From sequence record PQ287642.1: a stretch of DNA of 64,000 nt, one strand, 5' to 3'. Each line of letters opens with the position of its first letter. The stretch's first letter is position 1. The position numbers were made by a program, and so were the translations under genes. Below, piece by piece: positions 57,835-64,000 of this stretch. The notes under the pieces are model-generated. The model ran no database searches and had not been told where the DNA came from. It was given only the letters and a program-made list of their open reading frames with translations.

Positions 57835-58202
57835 AATGACCTCGTTAAGTAAGCGCTAATGATTTCGATACCAATCCAACATCCAGAGAGAAAGGCGATG
57901 CAGAACCATGTCCACGGCGATATACCGTCAAACAGATTGAATCGTTCTCTGGGTACAAACTTGACACCAGATTTCTTCTCATTCCAATCTATGTTTATCG
58001 TCGAATAGACTGGATCGACACTCACTGGAATTGGTTCTTTCAATGGAGGTGGGACAGGAACTAACGATTCGATGTCGCGATAAATATCACGGACGTCCGT
58101 AGCATTCATTCGCGGCTTCGATGGTTTCCTTGTAGTAGTCGGGGTTTCCCATGATCGCCTTATATGGTTCCTTGACGTACGCAGCGTAGTATTCTTCCTC
58201 AT
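57831..58202 (-). CDS. C-terminally anchored membrane protein (true start likely MNATD)
   Basis: C-terminal TM helix. Confidence 0.55.
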   Translation of the reverse strand: MRKNTTLRTSRNHIRRSWETPTTTRKPSKPRMNATDVRDIYRDIESLVPVPPPLKEPIPVSVDPVYSTINIDWNEKKSGVKFVPRERFNLFDGISPWTWFCIAFLSGCWIGIEIISAYLTRSL

Positions 58203-58656
58203 AAGCTATCCTCGTATTAATATCGCCATTAAGAAGACGATAAGGTTGCGCACCGATCTTCTCTGCAAAGGCTCTAACCCGAGCGACAGTTATTGGGTAA
58301 GCATCTAGACGCTTTTTATCAAGAGTATACAGGACACTGATATCGTAATTGAAGAAGCTGTTATTTAGACTAACCCCTTGTTCAATTGCTTTATCATAAG
58401 CTGTCTCAAGATAGTCCAGCTTATTGTTTACAACACGCATCCATTGATCAATACGGAAATCAGCTTCTGCAATGAGCCGAGGGGTTCTTTCGATGTTCCC
58501 CTTCGACTCAAATGTGATAGAATGACTTTCCAACCATTTCTTGGCATCGGGAAGACGATCTGAAATAACTTGTGGACCGAGAGCAGAGGTCGTACAAAAT
58601 TCAGAAATGAATTCGTCAAGCAGACCTTTTTGTGTCAGTTGTTCAAGAATTTTCAT
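58087..58656 (-). CDS. Hypothetical protein
   Basis: Coupled ORF. Confidence 0.7.
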   Translation of the reverse strand: MKILEQLTQKGLLDEFISEFCTTSALGPQVISDRLPDAKKWLESHSITFESKGNIERTPRLIAEADFRIDQWMRVVNNKLDYLETAYDKAIEQGVSLNNSFFNYDISVLYTLDKKRLDAYPITVARVRAFAEKIGAQPYRLLNGDINTRIAYEEEYYAAYVKEPYKAIMGNPDYYKETIEAANECYGRP

Positions 58657-59210
58657 TTAAACCGTTCCAGGAAAGTCCAACGTTCATACGCGCTATATAC
58701 ACGAAGACCAGGATTAGTAACAAGTTCCAGTTGTCCACCTTCTACATAGGGGCGCATCGCAATTTCGAAATTCTCTTCGCCACCACAGTTAAGATCTACG
58801 TCAGATTCGAACTTAAAGTCTTCTTTAACAATGGCAATGACCATGTTATTTTTAAGATCGCTACCACTATAAACAGGGCGAGGGAAAAGAACAATCATTT
58901 CACCGGCTTTATAGTCAATCTTACCAGCAGTCATGGTTTCAAACAGAACTTCAGTTCGATCCTTCAGATCTTCCAGCGTAGTCGGCAGATTTTTACCACG
59001 AAGGAATTTCAATCCGAGATCATGACGGTAGACAGTAACTACGTCAGGATTAAAATCGAGTTCTTCTGGAGTGGCATCTTCATAGCAGAGACGTTTAAAG
59101 TCTTCAGTAAGACCACACTTACGGACGATGTCAAAAACGTCAGTTGGTTGTAGGGGAGTCTCTTTACGAGGTTCCAGCGGAGATACAGTCAAATCGATTT
59201 CTTGAGACAT
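58653..59210 (-). CDS. Hypothetical protein
   Basis: AGGA SD. Confidence 0.75.
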   Translation of the reverse strand: MSQEIDLTVSPLEPRKETPLQPTDVFDIVRKCGLTEDFKRLCYEDATPEELDFNPDVVTVYRHDLGLKFLRGKNLPTTLEDLKDRTEVLFETMTAGKIDYKAGEMIVLFPRPVYSGSDLKNNMVIAIVKEDFKFESDVDLNCGGEENFEIAMRPYVEGGQLELVTNPGLRVYSAYERWTFLERFK

Positions 59211-59262
59211 TTTCGTTTCCTGTTTATAGTTAATAACACATTATCAGTTAACTCGGTATTTT

Positions 59263-59712
59263 CTAATTCCGAGAAAAAAGTTCACGCCAGCTTCGTTTCC
59301 ATTTGTAGTTAGGTGAGTATATACTACAGAAACCTTCATCTGCCATGAAGATTGGATTAACTCGTTCAACGATTTTTACAATTGCGTGAGGGCTATCAGA
59401 ATTAGCTAGAATACATTCTCTAGCCTCTTTCGTGTAAGTGCCCCAATCATCAATGTAACCTTCCTTCAGCTGATCAACTCGACCAATCCAACACCGAGGT
59501 ATAAACAGACAACGGAACCAACCCACGAATAGAATATGGATCAACCACATTGACAGAAGGAGAGAACAGAAATATAACGCTGTAAAGAACGTGTGTCCAT
59601 CAGATGCATTAGCTGTGGTGAGTTCTTGCCAACCACGTTTAATCCAACTAATGGGATTCCACCAGACAATTTCTGTTTTAGGTTGACTAGCGTAACGGTA
59701 AAATATTGACAT
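59263..59712 (-). CDS. Membrane protein
   Basis: Central TM helix. Confidence 0.7.
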   Translation of the reverse strand: MSIFYRYASQPKTEIVWWNPISWIKRGWQELTTANASDGHTFFTALYFCSLLLSMWLIHILFVGWFRCLFIPRCWIGRVDQLKEGYIDDWGTYTKEARECILANSDSPHAIVKIVERVNPIFMADEGFCSIYSPNYKWKRSWRELFSRN

Positions 59713-59714
59713 GT

Positions 59715-59996
59715 TTATCCCTCTACGTCAAGAATAGTTTCCCAGGTTTTATCCGTCTGAAGCTGGATCTTTATTTGATTGACATACATCTGATCCGAGT
59801 ATTGGCGGAATATCGTCATCCGGATTTTCTGCCATAATGGCATATAACGACGATAGCTGATGGTGAAGCGCTGATTTGGGTCATACGCTTCAATAGCTTT
59901 CCTGATTGTCTCAGCAAAGAAAGCAAACGAATATACATTGTTGTTATACAGCAATGCAGTTATGGTTTTCTTAGAGCCGACGAGGTTTACCTTCAT
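59715..59996 (-). CDS. Hypothetical protein
   Basis: Operon packing. Confidence 0.65.
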   Translation of the reverse strand: MKVNLVGSKKTITALLYNNNVYSFAFFAETIRKAIEAYDPNQRFTISYRRYMPLWQKIRMTIFRQYSDQMYVNQIKIQLQTDKTWETILDVEG

Positions 59997-60357
59997 GGAA
60001 GATGTCCATTACGTCAAGTGAAGTACTATACTCTACACGAGCATATCCAGGTTCTTCGAAAATAACAATATTGAACTTATCATCGCGCCAAGTAAACTTG
60101 AAGTAATTTCGAATAACGCTGATAAGGTCTTCTTGAAAATCCGGGAGATTATATTCAGCCCGGATAATTCGACAAAGTTTCCAAATAGCATTGTCAAACT
60201 TGTAGTAAACGCGACGACCCTCTTCACCCATTTCTTCGGATAGAATACCGACTTTTTGAAGAATAGGTGAGAGAACCTTATCGGTCTTCCAGTTCAATAT
60301 CAGGTATAGTTCTTCACTATCCAAATTACGAGTCAGGAATTTTAGAGCTTGTGACAT
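59971..60357 (-). CDS. Hypothetical protein
   Basis: AGGTG SD. Confidence 0.65.
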   Translation of the reverse strand: MSQALKFLTRNLDSEELYLILNWKTDKVLSPILQKVGILSEEMGEEGRRVYYKFDNAIWKLCRIIRAEYNLPDFQEDLISVIRNYFKFTWRDDKFNIVIFEEPGYARVEYSTSLDVMDIFHEGKPRRL

Positions 60358-60410
60358 ATATTCACCTTCTTGACAAAAATAAAAAGGGAGCTAGAGCTCC
60401 CTTTATGTCG

Positions 60411-61766
60411 TTATACAGCGTCTTCTTTAGCGGCTGCTTTCTCTTCTTCTTTCTCTTTCTTCAAGAGATAATTAGTCGAAATGGCTTTCCACGACAGTAC
60501 ACGTTGGTTGGACTTAAATACCAGACCTTCCCGGTATCCACGCTTGTTCTTAAATGCAGATGGACCTTCAGCCATAGCGAGAACATCTTTAACAGACATT
60601 TCCTTAGAAGGTTTCCAGCACGGGTCAAGCACGGGAACATAATTCAGACCAAGGTCTTTTACAACAGCTCGTGCTTCGGCCGGCAGGAGTTCACGATTAC
60701 CATCCTCATACACGTTGAAGATGTAATAATCGTAATCAGCCACTTCTTCAAAGTTATCTTGAATAGATGGTCCAATCAGTTCCCCTTGTACAGAAATGAA
60801 GCGACCGGTGTTCTTGTGGAACTTGAGAAGACGTTCGATGATCTGTTGTTGGTTAGTTACACGTACGAAGTTATTGTCTTCGATAGCGGTACCTTTCGTC
60901 CAAAGGGGCAGAATAATACCATTACGAAGTTTACCTTCTGGAGTAACCCAGGTCTTCTTACGGAACAGATTACGGTTACGGATAAGGAAGTTACCAACCC
61001 AATACCGAAGCTGCTGGATGAATCCCCATTTCTCACCACCCATTCCGAGTTCGTAGTTCCGCGAGCAAACGCCAGTACGAATACCTTTGTCATCGACACA
61101 GAATACGGTCATGGAGCTACCATCCAGCTTATAGGTAACTTCCATGTCATCACCGTCTTCTTTCAGGTTATAAAACGCAACGGTCTTATTCTGAATGCGG
61201 TCTTGATCGGACTTAGTTAGCATCTCAGGCCACGGTTTCAGAGCGCCACCCAGATTACCAATCAGCTTGGCACCAAGCTTAACGATCCACGGAGCGTTAC
61301 GTGCTGCATGAGCCTTCGATACCATCGGAGGAGCAGACTCGTACTTAAGGATACCCAGCTTCAGGGTCAGGTTAGTATCAACGGGTTCATCTTTGAACTC
61401 ATCGGGAATCGGAACCAGTAGTCCTTGAGAGAGCTCTTTACGAAGCTTGATAGTTTTCAAACGATGATAGTTTTTACCGTCTACACGTCGATTGTCGGAC
61501 CGACGGCTCTCAAGAAAACCGAAGAGCTTAACGTTATCCAGAGGAAGAAGAGAATCAATCTCGCAGTAAATAGCGCGATCACCTTTCTTATATTCGCCCA
61601 TCTTTACACAAAGTTGCCAACCACCAACAATAGCCAATTCCAGTGCATCGGCATTAGGGTGTTTCACAACATCATCGATCTCAACAATGCGTGCAAGCTT
61701 ACGAGTTTCTTCTACTACACCAAAACCTTCGCGGATCGGTTTCAATTCATCCATTTCAATCGTCAT
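60411..61766 (-). CDS. RNA ligase, DRB0094 family
   Basis: HPNADALE...GW N-domain, KLRKELSQGLL, KTDQER-like KSDQDRIQN, motif I KLDGSS, QGELIG, EGLVFK, KAIS. Confidence 0.9.
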   Translation of the reverse strand: MTIEMDELKPIREGFGVVEETRKLARIVEIDDVVKHPNADALELAIVGGWQLCVKMGEYKKGDRAIYCEIDSLLPLDNVKLFGFLESRRSDNRRVDGKNYHRLKTIKLRKELSQGLLVPIPDEFKDEPVDTNLTLKLGILKYESAPPMVSKAHAARNAPWIVKLGAKLIGNLGGALKPWPEMLTKSDQDRIQNKTVAFYNLKEDGDDMEVTYKLDGSSMTVFCVDDKGIRTGVCSRNYELGMGGEKWGFIQQLRYWVGNFLIRNRNLFRKKTWVTPEGKLRNGIILPLWTKGTAIEDNNFVRVTNQQQIIERLLKFHKNTGRFISVQGELIGPSIQDNFEEVADYDYYIFNVYEDGNRELLPAEARAVVKDLGLNYVPVLDPCWKPSKEMSVKDVLAMAEGPSAFKNKRGYREGLVFKSNQRVLSWKAISTNYLLKKEKEEEKAAAKEDAV

Positions 61767-61767
61767 T

Positions 61768-61974
61768 TTATTTACCTTTATCAGTGATGGTTGTGCGAAC
61801 GTCATTACGGAACCGCCGCACTATTTCGAGTATTTCTTTTTGATCTACATAACGAATGTCTGTCAGTTCAATTTCACGACAAGCCAATGAAATTTCAGCT
61901 TCAATCTGATCTGACAACGTTCGACGTAAACCATCTATCGTTACTTTACCCGGTGGCGGCGGCGCTGCAATCAT
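61768..61974 (-). CDS. Hypothetical protein
   Basis: Coupled ORF. Confidence 0.6.
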   Translation of the reverse strand: MIAAPPPPGKVTIDGLRRTLSDQIEAEISLACREIELTDIRYVDQKEILEIVRRFRNDVRTTITDKGK

Positions 61975-62369
61975 GTATTCACACCCCAGTTATAATCATA
62001 GAAGGTTTCAACGAAAGACTTACCAGGTAGTTCTTGTACGACCTGCTCTGTGCTATTTACCAAGGTTACAGCTTTCTCAAATGGGACAGGATGCCCACTT
62101 ACCGGCGAGATGATCTTGTAACCATTCTCGCGTAGGTGATCAACGAAGTTCACCATACCAGTTTCAAGACCGACATTATAAATATCGTTCTCCTGGTTGG
62201 TAGTGATTTCATAAGTCTTTCCAGCAGGGATATCGACAATGGGAGTACGGTCGTCACTGGTACGTGCTACGTCTCCCATGGTACGACTTACAGTCCAGCA
62301 GAACTCATTGAGAACTGGGTTCGATTCTTGCCATTCTTTCTTTTCATCTAAACGGTCTTTATTCGACAT
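61971..62369 (-). CDS. Hypothetical early protein
   Basis: GAGG SD before MSNK; 30 nt after promoter 62399. Confidence 0.7.
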   Translation of the reverse strand: MSNKDRLDEKKEWQESNPVLNEFCWTVSRTMGDVARTSDDRTPIVDIPAGKTYEITTNQENDIYNVGLETGMVNFVDHLRENGYKIISPVSGHPVPFEKAVTLVNSTEQVVQELPGKSFVETFYDYNWGVNT

Positions 62370-62398
62370 TGCAGTTACCTCGTTGTGGATACAAGAGA

Positions 62399-62406
62399 GT
62401 AATATA
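62399..62406 (-). promoter_or_regulatory. Early promoter TATATTAC
   Basis: Exact match after terminator 62426. Confidence 0.75.
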
Positions 62407-62458
62407 GATTTGAAATCTTTTTTATGACATAAAGGGGAGCCGAAGCTCCCCATGTCTA

Positions 62459-64000
62459 TTACAGAGAGGTCGCAATCCGTTCCCGGATTTTTGCCATCGT
62501 GTCGTTCTTGTAGAATTCACCATTCTTAAAGAACAGCTTCAATTCGCCGGATTCTGTCTCCAGAGTCGCCCAAGACATGTCGGCTTCTTGTTCAAGAACG
62601 AAGTTACCTTCTTCATCTTTAATTACACGAAGGAAACCTTTTGCAGACTTCTTACTAGATGCAGCTTTTGGATCTTTATACAGCTCTACGAATTCCTCTT
62701 CGATCTGAACAGCAGTGGCTTTAACGGCCATACCGAACGTATCGCGAGTGTTGTACTGATAGGTGTAGCTACCAATACCGAGAACGACGTTACTAGAGGC
62801 GTAGCCTTTACGTTCCAAGCGAGACATGATCTGCTCGGTACGTTCTACAGTAATCGAATCGCCATAGATCAGGCCAACATATTCGTTCAGGCATTTGAAG
62901 CCTTTACCGTTAACAGTACCGCCAAAGGAATCCCACAGGACTTCAATCGCACCACGTACTTCAACTTCCGGGATAGTCTTTTCAGACAGGAAATCGGAGA
63001 GCGACGAAGCAATGTGATTGATCTCGTAGTATTCGCCTGCGATACGTACAACTTCGTAGCCACTGAACTCAATGGACCCCAGTTCACCGATGTGCTTCTC
63101 GAAATCAGCGCGATCTGCAAACTCAGTCGGGTAAGCCATGTAGCCAGTAATAACTTTAACCGGATCACCGGAGTCAGGACGAACAACAACCCTGGCAAGG
63201 CCAAGTTCATTCTTCAGACGACTTTCGATTTCTGCACGGATGCTCGGGAGAACATCAGAGATAACACCCCAGAAGTCGAAGGAATCACAGACCAGCGAGA
63301 TGATGCCTTCCGGAACTTTCTGAAGAATGATCTCCAGAATGTAGTCACGTTCAGCTTCCAGTCGCAGTTTGTCATGCAGTTCCGGAGTGATCACAGTACC
63401 TTCCTCTTTGAGGAAGTTGATCTTCATTTGCAAACGGTACAGGATGTTGGTAGTGGCTACAGCGTGTTCGGTTGCAGTAACCGAAGCACCCAACAGTTCA
63501 GTATCGCTATTAGCACCGTAATACATCTCAGCGTAATCAAGTGCCGGGATGGTATCAGTACCAGCGAAGCTAGTCAGGTGAGCCGAGCCAGAACGCATTG
63601 CATCTTCAGGGCCACTCATACCACGGAAGCTGAAATCATGTGCTTGGAACTTAACGTGCTCACGGTTATCGCAAGTACGGTCAGCATAATGGTTCAATAC
63701 ACGTTGGTATTCAGCAGCGATGGTTGCGTTGCAAATCATTTTCCAGTTGTACGAACTAACGATGGTTTCCAGATAGTTCACCAGCCAGTAATGATCATCG
63801 TCATCCAGACTGTTGTAAACTACGAAAGTTGGAACACCAATGTTAACACGTTCACCTTCATCAATAGCCAGTACAGTCAGAGGCAGGTAACCCAGTTCAT
63901 GTAGTTTGTACAGACACTCGTGTTTGATAACGCCTTTACCGCACATGTTGTCGAAACGACGTGCAGCGCGTTTAACAGCGATTTCACGAGGCAGATTGAA
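62459..64000 (-). CDS. nadV: Nicotinamide phosphoribosyltransferase (5' end outside the window)
   Basis: HDFSFRG, GTDTIPA, SVTATEHAV, SLVCDSFD, VVRPDSGDP, IYGDSIT, RDTFGMAVKAT, KKSAKG; frame stays open to position 64000. Confidence 0.93.
   Translation of the reverse strand, partial: FNLPREIAVKRAARRFDNMCGKGVIKHECLYKLHELGYLPLTVLAIDEGERVNIGVPTFVVYNSLDDDDHYWLVNYLETIVSSYNWKMICNATIAAEYQRVLNHYADRTCDNREHVKFQAHDFSFRGMSGPEDAMRSGSAHLTSFAGTDTIPALDYAEMYYGANSDTELLGASVTATEHAVATTNILYRLQMKINFLKEEGTVITPELHDKLRLEAERDYILEIILQKVPEGIISLVCDSFDFWGVISDVLPSIRAEIESRLKNELGLARVVVRPDSGDPVKVITGYMAYPTEFADRADFEKHIGELGSIEFSGYEVVRIAGEYYEINHIASSLSDFLSEKTIPEVEVRGAIEVLWDSFGGTVNGKGFKCLNEYVGLIYGDSITVERTEQIMSRLERKGYASSNVVLGIGSYTYQYNTRDTFGMAVKATAVQIEEEFVELYKDPKAASSKKSAKGFLRVIKDEEGNFVLEQEADMSWATLETESGELKLFFKNGEFYKNDTMAKIRERIATSL

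Overview
This 64 kb window comes from a nucleus-forming phiKZ-like jumbo phage (Chimalliviridae). From memory, the 193-aa protein at 3293-3874 matches ChmB/gp2 of Pseudomonas phage PA1C; I could not verify this by search. Layout: large terminase, then DUF1353-DHFR-ChmB on the minus strand, then class Ia RNR genes split by an antisense Kelch gene. Next is a plus-strand region (about 9-20.7 kb) where 7 tRNAs are interleaved with beta-propeller proteins carrying a shared MFExLL N-terminus. The rest is about 43 kb of minus-strand accessory genes behind TATATTAC early promoters, including a BCS1-like AAA ATPase, SPFH, GNAT, HD hydrolase, CX5R phosphatase, RNA ligase and a 5'-truncated NAMPT. The strongest unexplained signal is three orphan, highly structured intergenic RNAs (about 175, 270 and 370 nt). 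They sit behind the same TAC-N14-TAT(G/A) motif that precedes the tRNAs and end in the phage's own terminator hairpin, and one carries a near-copy of the 16S rRNA anti-Shine-Dalgarno tail. Also notable are a dispersed family of HslV/proteasome-beta-like proteins, of which only one clearly keeps the catalytic residues, and an early-expressed BCS1-like ATPase. All folds, alignments and family calls were made by eye.
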